This document shows, in pieces, positions 10,768-22,858 of a stretch of DNA of 64,000 nucleotides. Every line of letters starts with the position of its first letter. The first letter of the stretch is position 1. Origin of the DNA: Solirubrobacteraceae bacterium (lineage in GTDB: Bacteria > Actinomycetota > Thermoleophilia > Solirubrobacterales > Solirubrobacteraceae); the NCBI GenBank assembly GCA_050999075.1, contig JBPCPO010000072.1:16378-80377 (forward strand), written 5' to 3'. The notes below the pieces were generated by a model, which made no database searches, was not told where the DNA came from, and was given only the letters and a program-made list of their open reading frames with translations. The position numbers and the translations under genes were made by a program.

Positions 10768-11559
10768 GTGAGCACCAGGGAGATTCGAACCTTCAACCCC
10801 CAGACGGTGTGCGATGTGTGCGGGCGGACACTGCTGCGGGGGGAGCGTGCGGTGGTGTACGCGAACGGTGGCGCGCGCCAGTCGGTCTGCGAGCTGTGCA
10901 AGTCTCGCGCGCTGAACGAGGGGTGGGTGCGTGAGGGCACCGAGCGCGCGGTCGATGGAGGCGACGCCTTCTCCGATCGCCAGCGCTCGATGCTCAGCCG
11001 CCTGCGCTCCAAGCGCGACGCCGGAGCGGCACCGGCACCGGCACCGGCACCCGACGAGGATCTTGGTGAGCGGCGCGCTCCCCGCTCGCTGCGGTCGTTG
11101 CGTTCGCTGCGCTCCTCGCGTAGCTCGCCGGCGGCCTCGCCACGAGCCACCACGCGGGAGTCGCGGACCTCGCCGCCCGCTGCAGCCCCGCCGGACAACG
11201 GGTCTCGAGGCCCGCGCGAGCCCCGCCACGTGCGCGCGGTGCCAACCGGCATGGAGCACAAGGTCTCGTCGTCGATCGAGCTGTTCAACGCCTCCGAGCA
11301 CCGCCGCACCGTCGCCGGGGTCGCGCGCTCGCTGGGCGCGCCGACGGTGTCCCTGCGTCCCTCCGCGCAGCGTCCGAGCGTCGTCCAGGTCGTCGTGTCC
11401 TGGGAGCTGTGCTGGTACCGCTACGAGGTCGATCTCTCAGACGATCGTCCGAGCGTGCGAATCGAAGGTCAGGGCTACGAGCTCGAGGACCTGGCCTCCG
11501 AGGAGCGACAGGCCAATGCGGTAGCGGACGAGCACGGCTCACTGTCGCTGCCGGGCTAG
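10768..11559 (+). CDS. Hypothetical protein, N-terminal CxxC…CxxC zinc finger
   Basis: CDVC and CELC; low-complexity middle; C-terminal WELCWYRYEVDL; TAGGAT -10 6 nt upstream. Confidence 0.75.
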   Translation: MSTREIRTFNPQTVCDVCGRTLLRGERAVVYANGGARQSVCELCKSRALNEGWVREGTERAVDGGDAFSDRQRSMLSRLRSKRDAGAAPAPAPAPDEDLGERRAPRSLRSLRSLRSSRSSPAASPRATTRESRTSPPAAAPPDNGSRGPREPRHVRAVPTGMEHKVSSSIELFNASEHRRTVAGVARSLGAPTVSLRPSAQRPSVVQVVVSWELCWYRYEVDLSDDRPSVRIEGQGYELEDLASEERQANAVADEHGSLSLPG

Positions 11560-11628
11560 GGCCCGGGCGTTCGCTGGACGAATGTTCGGGTGGCGTTCGC
11601 TCGCCGGCGTCGAATACCATCGTTGCCG

Positions 11629-11841
11629 GTGATCTACTGCGTGGTACCTGAGGAACTGGCCGGCGAGTTGCTCCACAAGCTCACCGATTACTACGCCGAC
11701 GATCCCGACGTCACCGTGATCGTGGATCGTCGCAGGTCATCACGCCGCGACCGAGGCGCCCCAGCGGGCGGCAAGCGCGAACGTCGCGATCGTCGGCGCA
11801 CGCGGGTTCCCGGCGAGCTTCCCGATCTGGGCGGTGAGTGA
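11629..11841 (+). CDS. Small Arg-rich hypothetical protein (DRR/ERR motifs)
   Basis: GTG at 11629, 8 nt after TACCAT; MIYCVVPEELA…VIVDRRR…ERRDRRR; overlaps the rnhA start. Confidence 0.65.
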   Translation: MIYCVVPEELAGELLHKLTDYYADDPDVTVIVDRRRSSRRDRGAPAGGKRERRDRRRTRVPGELPDLGGE

Positions 11842-12274
11842 GGTCGGCGCGACGAAGCCTCCCTCCCTCCCGTCGAAGGTCGTCCTCCACGTGGACGGAG
11901 GAGCGCGGGGAAATCCCGGCCCGGCCGCGATCGGGGTGGTCGTGTCGGACCCCGAAGGCGAGGTGCTCGACGAGGTCGCCGAGACGATCGGCACGGCGAC
12001 CAACAACGTCGCCGAGTATCGCGCGGTGCTGCGCGGTCTGGAGCGGGCCCACGGCCTGGGGGCCCGGGAGATCGAGATCGTGGGTGACTCGGAGCTCATC
12101 GCCCGCCAGATCACCGGGGCCTACAAAGTGAAGCACGCGGCGATGAAGCCCCTGCATCAGGAGGCGATGGCATCGTTACGCCAGTTCGACCGATGGCGGA
12201 TCCGCACCGTCCCGCGAGCGCAGAATGCGCGGGCCGATGCGCTTGTGAACGCCGCGCTCGACGGACTGCGCTGA
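11834..12274 (+). CDS. rnhA: Ribonuclease HI
   Basis: VDGGARGNPGPA, TNNVAEY, GDSELI, PRAQNARADALVN. Confidence 0.92.
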   Translation: MSEVGATKPPSLPSKVVLHVDGGARGNPGPAAIGVVVSDPEGEVLDEVAETIGTATNNVAEYRAVLRGLERAHGLGAREIEIVGDSELIARQITGAYKVKHAAMKPLHQEAMASLRQFDRWRIRTVPRAQNARADALVNAALDGLR

Positions 12275-12290
12275 GCGCTACCCTGGTGAG

Positions 12291-12503
12291 GTGAGCGATC
12301 CCCTGATCGAGCTGTGCGCGCGGCTGCGGGAGACGGCTGATGGTCTGCGAGCGGGGGAGCTTGAGCCGGAGGCGGCGCTGGCGGCGATCGAGGAGTGCGC
12401 ACGGCTGGCCTCGGAGGCCAGCTTCAAGGTGGACGAGCGGGTGCGGACCGCGATCGAGCCGCTGCCGGAGCTGCCCGGTCAGCTGCCGCTGCCGGCGGCC
12501 TAG
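12291..12503 (+). CDS. xseB: Exodeoxyribonuclease VII small subunit-like protein
   Basis: 70-aa helical hairpin (LRAGELEPEAALAAIEEC) at the canonical xseB-ispA-dxs position; divergent. Confidence 0.55.
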   Translation: MSDPLIELCARLRETADGLRAGELEPEAALAAIEECARLASEASFKVDERVRTAIEPLPELPGQLPLPAA

Positions 12504-12514
12504 GGAGCCACCTG

Positions 12515-13417
12515 ATGGCGACGGTCCGCCTCGCCGACGCGGCGAGCACCTATCCAGAGCATCTGCGCGCTGAAGTGGAACGCTACCTGGAAGCTCTGCG
12601 GTTTTCGGCCGAGACTCCATGCGCCGGACTCGAGGAGGCCATGCGGTACTCGTTGCTGGCGGGGGGAAAGCGAATTCGCCCCGTGCTGGCGCTGGCGACG
12701 GCGGAGTCGATCGGTCGCCCTCCGTCGTCAGTGCTTCCGTTGGCCGCCGCGCTCGAGTTGATCCACACCTACTCGCTGATCCACGACGACCTCCCGGCGA
12801 TGGACGACGATGATCTGCGACGGGGCCGGGCGACCTGCCACCGCGCGTTCGGAGAGGGAGTCGCGATCCTCGCGGGCGACGGACTGTACGCCGAGGCCTT
12901 CCGCCTGCTGCTCGGTGAGCAGCAGGCGCCACCCGCGAACCTGCTGGCGGCGGCGCGCGAGCTCGCGGCGGCGACCGGTGTGCAGGGCATGGTCGGCGGG
13001 CAGTTCGTCGACATCGCCGAAGTGGCGCCGTCCGGGCCGAACGGCCTGCGGCGCCTGCATCAGCTGAAGACCGGACGCCTGATCGCTGCGAGCATCGAGT
13101 GCGTGCTGCTGCTGGCGGGATGCAGCGATGACACGATCTCTCCCTATCGCAGTTTCGCCAACGAGCTCGGCGTGCTGTTCCAGATCGTCGACGACATCCT
13201 TGACGTCACCGGATCTCATGAGACGCTCGGCAAGCGCCGTGGCAGCGACGAGCGGCTGGGAAGGCGCACCTACGTGACCGAGTTCGGCCTCCTCGGCGCG
13301 CAGAGGCTGGCGGGCGAATCCCACCGGCGGGCCCGAGAGGCACTCGCGCAGGCGGTGCCCCTGGGCGCCCCCCGGCTCGAGCAGATCACCGACTTCATCG
13401 CCAACCGAACCTACTGA
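12515..13417 (+). CDS. ispA: Polyprenyl (farnesyl/geranylgeranyl) diphosphate synthase
   Basis: GGKRIRP, HTYSLIHDDLPAMDDDDLRRG, KTG, FQIVDDILD; ATG at 12515 after gggag. Confidence 0.92.
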   Translation: MATVRLADAASTYPEHLRAEVERYLEALRFSAETPCAGLEEAMRYSLLAGGKRIRPVLALATAESIGRPPSSVLPLAAALELIHTYSLIHDDLPAMDDDDLRRGRATCHRAFGEGVAILAGDGLYAEAFRLLLGEQQAPPANLLAAARELAAATGVQGMVGGQFVDIAEVAPSGPNGLRRLHQLKTGRLIAASIECVLLLAGCSDDTISPYRSFANELGVLFQIVDDILDVTGSHETLGKRRGSDERLGRRTYVTEFGLLGAQRLAGESHRRAREALAQAVPLGAPRLEQITDFIANRTY

Positions 13418-13445
13418 AGCCCGCACCCACCCGAGACAACCTGCC

Positions 13446-15383
13446 ATGACACGCCTTCTGCAACGGATCGACAAGCCACAGGATCTGCACGACCTGGACG
13501 ACGACCAGCTGCAGCTGGTCGCCCAGGAGGTGCGCGAGCACATCATCGACACTGTCGGCGAGATCGGAGGTCACTTCGGTGCCAATCTCGGCGCCTGCGA
13601 GATCGCCGTTGCGCTGCACTCCCTGCTGGACTCTCCGCGCGACAAGGTCCTCTGGGACGTCGGTCACCAAGCCTATCCGCACAAGATCCTGACCGGGCGA
13701 CGGGGGCAGCTGCACACGATCCGCAGCTACGGAGGCCTGGCGCCGTTCTGCGCCATCAAGGAGTCCGAGCACGACACGATGGGCGCCGGGCACGCCTCGA
13801 CCGCGATCGGATACGCGGTGGGGATCAAGGAGGCCATGCGTCGGGGTCACGGCGAGGACGGGCACGTCGTGGCGGTCGTGGGCGACGGTGCGATGACCGG
13901 AGGGGTCGCGTTCGAGGCCGTGCAACACGCCGGCGGCAGCGGGACGCCGATCGTCGTGGTGCTCAACGACAACGGCATGTCGATCGCGCCGAACGTCGGC
14001 GCGATGTCACGCTACTTCAACCGCGTGCGGCTGAGTCCGCGCCTGTGGCACGCGCGCGAGGGGGTCGAGGGAGGGCTGACCAAGCTGCCGGCCGGAATCG
14101 GCGCCGCCTTCGAGCGCCTCGGACCCCACTTCAAGGAGTCGATGAAGGCCTTCTGGGCGCCCGGGCTGTGGTGGGAGGAGCTCGATTTCGCGTATATGGG
14201 CGTGATCGACGGGCACGACGTGCGCGAGCTGCGCCGAGCGTTGCACGAGGCGCTTGCCGCCCAGCGCCCGGTGGTGGTCCACTGCGCCACGGTCAAGGGC
14301 AAGGGCTTCGCCGCGGCTGAGGAGGGCGGCCTGGAGGGAATGGAGCAGTGGCACGCGGCCAAGCCGAAGTCGATCTCGGGCCGGGTTCCGGCTGTCCTGG
14401 TCGCCAAGCCCGCGGGCACCAAGGCCCGTCCGCCCCAGTACACCCAGGTATTCGGCGAGGCGCTCGTCCAGGAGTGCCGCCGAGATGCCCGGGTTCTGGG
14501 CATCACCGCGGCGATGAACTCGGGCACGGGGCTGAGCCTCCTTCAGCGCGAGCTGCCCGATCGGTACTTCGATGTCGGGATCGCCGAGCAGCAGGCGATA
14601 CTGCTCGCCGCCGGCCTCGCGCTCCAGGGCGCCAAGCCCGTGGCCGCGATCTACTCGACGTTCCTGCAGCGAGCCTATGACCAGATCGTCCACGACGTCT
14701 GCCTGCAGCGGCTCAATGTCGTGTTCGCGATCGACCGAGCCGGACTGGTGGGCGACGACGGCCCCACCCATCACGGCGCCTTCGACATCGCCTACCTGCG
14801 CTGCCTGCCGAACATCGTCCTGATGGCGCCGCGCGACGAGGCGATGCTGGTGCACATGCTGCACACTGCGCTGCGCTACGACGACGGGCCGATCGCGCTG
14901 CGCTATCCGCGCGGGGAGGGGCTCGGCGTCGCGCTGCCGCATCGCCCGGCGACGATCGAGATCGGGACCGGCGAGATCCTCCGTGAGGGTGACCGCGTAG
15001 CCCTGCTGGGCTACGGCACCGGCGTCGTCAAGGGACTCGCCGCGGCGGACCTGCTGGCGCAGCACGGCCTCTCGGTGACCGTCGCCGATGCCCGCTTCGC
15101 CAAGCCCATCGATGCCGGTCTCGTCGCGCAGCTCGCCGCCGAGCACGAGCTGGTGGTGACGATCGAGGAGGGCGCGCTCACGGGTGGCTTCGGCTCCGCG
15201 GTCTGGGAGACGCTGTCGGACGCCGGGATCACGGCCAGGATCCTGCGGGTCGGCATCCCCGACCGCTACGTCACCCACGGCGCGCCGAAGCTGCTCCACG
15301 AGGAGATCGGGTTCACCGCCCAGCGGATCGCCCAGCGGGTGCAGGCGGCGGTGAGCGATCTCACCGGCGTGGGCAGCGGCTGA
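13446..15383 (+). CDS. dxs: 1-deoxy-D-xylulose-5-phosphate synthase
   Basis: GGHFGANLG, WDVGHQAYPHKILTGR, GDGAMTGG…LNDN, DVGIAEQ, YSTFLQRAYDQ, DRAGLVGDDGPTH. Confidence 0.97.
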   Translation: MTRLLQRIDKPQDLHDLDDDQLQLVAQEVREHIIDTVGEIGGHFGANLGACEIAVALHSLLDSPRDKVLWDVGHQAYPHKILTGRRGQLHTIRSYGGLAPFCAIKESEHDTMGAGHASTAIGYAVGIKEAMRRGHGEDGHVVAVVGDGAMTGGVAFEAVQHAGGSGTPIVVVLNDNGMSIAPNVGAMSRYFNRVRLSPRLWHAREGVEGGLTKLPAGIGAAFERLGPHFKESMKAFWAPGLWWEELDFAYMGVIDGHDVRELRRALHEALAAQRPVVVHCATVKGKGFAAAEEGGLEGMEQWHAAKPKSISGRVPAVLVAKPAGTKARPPQYTQVFGEALVQECRRDARVLGITAAMNSGTGLSLLQRELPDRYFDVGIAEQQAILLAAGLALQGAKPVAAIYSTFLQRAYDQIVHDVCLQRLNVVFAIDRAGLVGDDGPTHHGAFDIAYLRCLPNIVLMAPRDEAMLVHMLHTALRYDDGPIALRYPRGEGLGVALPHRPATIEIGTGEILREGDRVALLGYGTGVVKGLAAADLLAQHGLSVTVADARFAKPIDAGLVAQLAAEHELVVTIEEGALTGGFGSAVWETLSDAGITARILRVGIPDRYVTHGAPKLLHEEIGFTAQRIAQRVQAAVSDLTGVGSG

Positions 15384-15445
15384 GCGCCGCTCCGCCGGAT
15401 GAGCGGCGGGTCGATGAGGGTCGATGACGTACCGTTCACGCTCTG

Positions 15446-16234
15446 GTGACGCGCGTACGCCTCGACCACCTGCTCTCGCAGCGGGGATTGTTCGCGTCGC
15501 GCTCCCGAGCCGCCGCGTCGGTCCTGGCCGGCGAGGTGCGGCTGCTACCCGGTCGCCAGCGGGCGCAGAAGCCGGGACAGCTCGTGCCCGACGACGTGGC
15601 GCTGGTGCTCGAGACCGGCCCCGATTTCGTCTCCCGCGGCGCGATCAAGCTCGGCAACGCGCTCGATTCGCTGGCGCTCGAGGTCAGGGGCGTCAGAGCG
15701 CTGGACGTCGGCGCCTCGACCGGAGGCTTCACCGACTGCCTGCTCCGGCGCGGGGCGGACCACGTGGTGGCCCTCGACGTGGCCTACGGCGAGCTCGACT
15801 GGGGCCTGCGGCAGGACCCGCGGGTGACCGTGATCGAGCGCCGCAACGCGCGGACGCTGGCTCGCAGCGAGCTCGCCTACCAACCGGACCTCATCGTCAT
15901 CGATGTGTCCTTCATCTCGTTGACCAAGGTGCTCCCCGCCGTGCTCTCGTGCGCGGCGCCGCGTTTCGACTGCCTGGCGCTAATCAAGCCGCAGTTCGAA
16001 GTCGGCCGAGAGCAGGTCGGCAAGGGTGGCGTCGTACGCGAGCCGGGGCTGCGCCGTCAGGCCCTCGTCGAGGTCGGCCGGGCGGCGCTGCGCCTGGGGG
16101 TTTCCGTGCTCGGCTACGCGAGCTCGGGCCTGTCCGGGCGCAAGGGCAACCTCGAGACGTTCGTACGGCTCGCCGAGCCCTCGCGCGGCGGAGTCGAGGA
16201 CCTCGAGCGGGCGGCGCGCGAGGTCGAGCCGTGA
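15446..16234 (+). CDS. tlyA: TlyA family rRNA 2'-O-methyltransferase
   Basis: S4 domain RLD…SR; FVSRGAIKL, LDVGASTGGFTD, DVSFISL, LIKPQFE, GNLE. Confidence 0.95.
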   Translation: MTRVRLDHLLSQRGLFASRSRAAASVLAGEVRLLPGRQRAQKPGQLVPDDVALVLETGPDFVSRGAIKLGNALDSLALEVRGVRALDVGASTGGFTDCLLRRGADHVVALDVAYGELDWGLRQDPRVTVIERRNARTLARSELAYQPDLIVIDVSFISLTKVLPAVLSCAAPRFDCLALIKPQFEVGREQVGKGGVVREPGLRRQALVEVGRAALRLGVSVLGYASSGLSGRKGNLETFVRLAEPSRGGVEDLERAAREVEP

Positions 16235-17118
16235 ACGGGGGAGGGGATGGCGCGATCAGGACCGCGACGGTGTTCACCCACCGGCGCCCGGGGGAGACGG
16301 GTCCGGCGCTGGCCCAGCTGCTCGAGCTGGCGCGCGCCGCGGGGGCGGTGCTGCGCTTCGATCGCGAGGAGACTCGCAAGCACGGGCTCGAGCCGGCGGG
16401 CGGGCTCGAGCTCGATGCCCCCGTCAAGCCCGATGTGGACATCTGCTTCGCGCTCGGCGGGGACGGCACCATTCTCACCGCGATGCGGACCTACGCCCAG
16501 ACCGGAGTTCCGGTGTTCGCGATCAACTTCGGCGAGATCGGGTTTCTGGCCACGGTCGACCGCGAACATGCCCAGTCGGGTTTTCGCCGCGCCTTCTTGG
16601 GTGACTTCGAGGTCCTCTGCCTGCCGGGAATCGCCGTCTCGGGCACGGGCGCGGGAACCACGAACTGCCTGGCCATGAACGACGTGTCGATGCACCGCCA
16701 GCCGAGCAAGCGGGTCGCGGATCTCGCCTACGCCGTCGGTAGCGACGAGATCGGGCGGGTGCGCTGCGACGGCCTGGTGGTCGCGACGCCGGCCGGGTCG
16801 ACCGGCTACAACCTCGCCAACGGCGGTCCGGTCATGGCCTGGGGGGTCGCGGGCTTCGTGGTGTCGTTCATCGCCCCCCATTCGCTCACCGCTCGCGCGC
16901 TCGTGGTGGCGCCCGGAGACGTCCTGTCGGTACACAACCGCTCTCGCGAGGAGCCGGTCGACGTCACCGTCGACGGGCGTCCGGCGTGCACGCTCGCGCC
17001 CGGAGAGCAGATCGAGGCGCGCTTCGTCGACCGCCAGGGCTCGTTGGCGCAGATCGCCGGCACGACGTTCTACATGCGACTGCGGGAGAAGTTCGGCCGC
17101 CTCACGAGTACCCCCTAG
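16231..17118 (+). CDS. nadK: NAD kinase
   Basis: GGDGT, GFL, MND, DGLVVATPAGSTGYNLANGGP; GTG overlaps the tlyA stop (GTGA). Confidence 0.93.
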   Translation: MNGGGDGAIRTATVFTHRRPGETGPALAQLLELARAAGAVLRFDREETRKHGLEPAGGLELDAPVKPDVDICFALGGDGTILTAMRTYAQTGVPVFAINFGEIGFLATVDREHAQSGFRRAFLGDFEVLCLPGIAVSGTGAGTTNCLAMNDVSMHRQPSKRVADLAYAVGSDEIGRVRCDGLVVATPAGSTGYNLANGGPVMAWGVAGFVVSFIAPHSLTARALVVAPGDVLSVHNRSREEPVDVTVDGRPACTLAPGEQIEARFVDRQGSLAQIAGTTFYMRLREKFGRLTSTP

Positions 17119-17204
17119 CTCCGGCGCGGCGCCGTCGCTGCCTCCTGTGGGGGGACCGGCCCCGCAGGGCCGGTCCGTCGGGGCCGAGTGGTACACCGTG
17201 ATGC

Positions 17205-18899
17205 ATGCTCCACGAGCTGCGCGTCGAGAACCTGCTGCTGCTCGAGCGCGCGGAGCTGGCGCTGGCCCCGGGCCTGAACGTCCTCACCGGGGAGACCGGC
17301 GCGGGCAAGACGCTGCTGGCCCACGCCCTGGACCTGCTGCTCGGCGGCCGCGCGCGGCGCGGGATCGTGCGTCACGGCGCGGCCGAAGCGTACGTCGAGG
17401 GGGTGTTCTCGCTCCCGCCGGGGGGCTCCGAGCGCGGAGCCGCACTCGGCCCCGCGCTGGCGGATCGGATTCCGGCCGACGCCCAGGAGATCGTGCTCGC
17501 GCGGCGGGTCTGGCCCGACGGACGCACGCGCGCCTACGTGTGTGGCCGCTCCGCGACGCTCGCCGACCTCCAGGAGCTCGGGAGCCGGGTGCTCGCGTTC
17601 TACGGCCAGCACGAGCACCGCAAGCTGATGCTCGCGACCGCGCAGCTGAGCGTGCTCGACGCGCACTGCGGGCCTGGGCAGGCGGCGCTGCGCGACCGGG
17701 TGGGCCATGCGCACGCGCAGGTGCGAGGGCTGCAGGAGCAGGTGGACCAGCTGCGATCGCTGACCGGGGCGCGGGAGCGCGAGCTGGATCTGCTGGCCTA
17801 CGAGCTGGCCGAGATCGAGGCGGCGGCGCCCAGCGAGCCGGAGGAGGAAGCGCTCGTGGTCGAGCGGGACCGGTTGGGAAACCTGGAGACCCTGCGACTC
17901 GCGGCGGCGGCCGGCGCCGAGGCGCTCGCGGCGGACGCCGGGGGCGGGGCCTGCGAGCTGCTCAGCCAGGCCGAGCGCCAGCTCGAGCCGGCGGCGGACA
18001 TCGATCCCGAGCTCACGGCTCTCTCGCAGCGGTTGCAGGCGTTGCGCTACGAGGCCGAGGACGTCGGCGGCGAGCTGCGGCGCTATCTCCTCGGGATCGA
18101 GGGATCGCCTGGCCGCCTCGAGGAGGTACAGGACCGCCTGGAGTGCTTCGCCCGTCTGCAGCGCAAGCACGGCGGCTCGATCGATGCCGTCCTGCGCCAC
18201 GCGCAGCGGTGCCGGGAACGGCGTGAGGAGATCGAGCACGCCGAGTCCGCGCTCGCGTCAGTCGAGGCCGAGCTCGCGGCGGTGCGCTCCGAGCGCGATC
18301 GGCTCGGCGGTGAGCTCAGCGCTCGGCGGCGCTCCGCGGCGCCCGAGTTGGCCGCGGCCGTGCGAGATCGCCTGGCGGAGCTGGCGATGCCCGATGCCCG
18401 GTTCGAGGTCGAGGTGGCGCCTCGGCCGGAGGGATGCGGGTCGCGCGGCGCGGACGTCGTCGAGCTGCTGATCGCTCCCACCCCGGGCCTGGCCGCCGGT
18501 CCGCTGCGCGAGATCGCCTCCGGGGGTGAGCTCTCGCGCGTGATGCTCGCGCTGCTGAGCGTCGCGCACGGCGAGCGGTCCGATGACGCCCGGCCGCTGC
18601 TCGTGTTCGACGAGATCGACGCCGGCATCGGCGGCCACACGGCTCGGCGGGTCGGCGAGCACCTGCGTCAGCTCTCGAGCGCTCAGCAGGTGCTCTGCAT
18701 CACGCACCTGCCCCAGGTTGCGGCGCTGGCCGCGTGCCATTTCACGATCGCCAAGGATGCCTGCACCGTGCCCTCGAGGACGACCGTGACCCGTCTCGAC
18801 GGAGACGCGGTGGTGGCCGAGATCGTGCGGATGCTCGGGGCCGGCGAGGGTGACCGGGCGGCGGGCCAGCACGCGCGTCAGCTGCTGCGGGCGGCTTAG
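17205..18899 (+). CDS. recN: DNA repair protein RecN
   Basis: TGETGAGKT, GQHEH, ASGGELSRVML, FDEIDAGIGG, CITHLPQVAA. Confidence 0.96.
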   Translation: MLHELRVENLLLLERAELALAPGLNVLTGETGAGKTLLAHALDLLLGGRARRGIVRHGAAEAYVEGVFSLPPGGSERGAALGPALADRIPADAQEIVLARRVWPDGRTRAYVCGRSATLADLQELGSRVLAFYGQHEHRKLMLATAQLSVLDAHCGPGQAALRDRVGHAHAQVRGLQEQVDQLRSLTGARERELDLLAYELAEIEAAAPSEPEEEALVVERDRLGNLETLRLAAAAGAEALAADAGGGACELLSQAERQLEPAADIDPELTALSQRLQALRYEAEDVGGELRRYLLGIEGSPGRLEEVQDRLECFARLQRKHGGSIDAVLRHAQRCRERREEIEHAESALASVEAELAAVRSERDRLGGELSARRRSAAPELAAAVRDRLAELAMPDARFEVEVAPRPEGCGSRGADVVELLIAPTPGLAAGPLREIASGGELSRVMLALLSVAHGERSDDARPLLVFDEIDAGIGGHTARRVGEHLRQLSSAQQVLCITHLPQVAALAACHFTIAKDACTVPSRTTVTRLDGDAVVAEIVRMLGAGEGDRAAGQHARQLLRAA

Positions 18900-18965
18900 C
18901 ACCCGCCAGGAAACAATCTCGCTGGTTGGGGAGGATCTGGGCGGGGCCCAGGCCGGGCATCGATC

Positions 18966-19096
18966 CCTGACGAGCCCCGAGCATGCATAGCTCGTCAGGA
19001 GCATCTCCCATCCTCAGCCGTGTCGAGCTGTGCATGCCTGGCATGCATAACTCGTCAGGGACTCGCGATGAGGACGGCGGTGACGAGTTGTGCAGG
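18966..19096. repeat. REP-like palindrome cluster (consensus TGACGAGTTATGCATGCC / GGCATGCATAACTCGTCA)
   Basis: Perfect IR cctgacgagc 18966-18975 / gctcgtcagg 18990-18999; second imperfect palindrome 19021-19057; third left arm from 19081. Confidence 0.7.
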
Positions 19097-19405
19097 TAGA
19101 TCGCCCATCCGGGCGAGCAGCCAGCCGATCGCACCCATCAGGCCCCATCTTGCGGCCCCTGGTCGGTGATGGCGGCGCTCGGCCATCCCGCAGAGCACAC
19201 CTCCGGCGCGGCTCGCCGTTGGGCCACCGTCGCGGGGGGTCTTCTCGCTCAAGGCCCCACAACTCCACCGACCATGATTCCACCGGGGATGGGCTACACC
19301 ATCCGCCACCCCCATCGCCCAAACCGGGACATTGATCTCTGGCAAGTCCTTAGTTCGTGCTGCGTCCGCCACCGGCGCTAATGTGATGGGAGTCGCTCCG
19401 GTTAG

Positions 19406-22283
<2,878 letters not shown>

Positions 22284-22287
<4 letters not shown>

Positions 22288-22829
22288 GCGCGTTCGAGTA
22301 TCTCGGTGCCGAGACGGAGTGGGAGGGCAAGATGGTCCGCGTCGGCGTCGAGCGCTTTCGCCACGCCGACGGGCAGGAGGTTACCCGGGAGAAGGTCTGG
22401 CACCCCGGCGCCGTGGGCATCCTGGCCCTCGAGGAGGCCCAGGTGTGGCTGACCCGCCAGCCCCGCGAGGCCGTTCGCGCTACGGCGTCGCTCGAGATCC
22501 CGGCCGGGAAGCTCGACCTTCCGGGTGAGTCACCGCTGGAGGCCGCCAAGCGCGAGCTGGCCGAGGAGGTCGGCAAGCGAGCGGCTCGCTGGGAGGAGAT
22601 CATGGCGTTCTACACGAGCCCCGGGTTCAGCGACGAGCGGGTGTGGCTGTACCTGGCGCGCGAGTTGACCGACGCTACCGGCTCCGAGCCTGAGGAGAAC
22701 GAACGGATCGAGATCGTGCCCTGGCCGCTGGAGCACCTCGACGACGCGCTCGCGCAGTGCGATGACTCCAAGTCGCTGGTGGCGTTGCTGTGGCTGGCGA
22801 GCCGGCGCCCGGGGGGTCGCCAGCCCTGA
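22284..22829 (+). CDS. nudF: NUDIX hydrolase (ADP-ribose pyrophosphatase-like)
   Basis: Nudix box PAGKLDLPGESPLEAAKRELAEEVG, YTSPGFSDE; GTGA overlap with the upstream stop. Confidence 0.85.
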
Positions 22830-22858
22830 GGCTCGCGACCCATGCCGTGGGTTGAGAT

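Noticed and set aside
15385-15408. Hairpin after dxs as an intrinsic terminator
   Set aside because: 8-bp GC stem with no U-tract, inside an apparent operon
15424-17118. Apparent long N-terminal fusions on nadK, amtB, the epimerase, phosphohexomutase, ruvA and mutM
   Set aside because: Open-frame extensions over upstream genes; true starts are at the stop/start overlaps or just after the upstream stop
18966-19096. CRISPR array (also considered for 25321-25424 and 45171-45286)
   Set aside because: Degenerate or inverted units, no regular unique spacers, no cas genes
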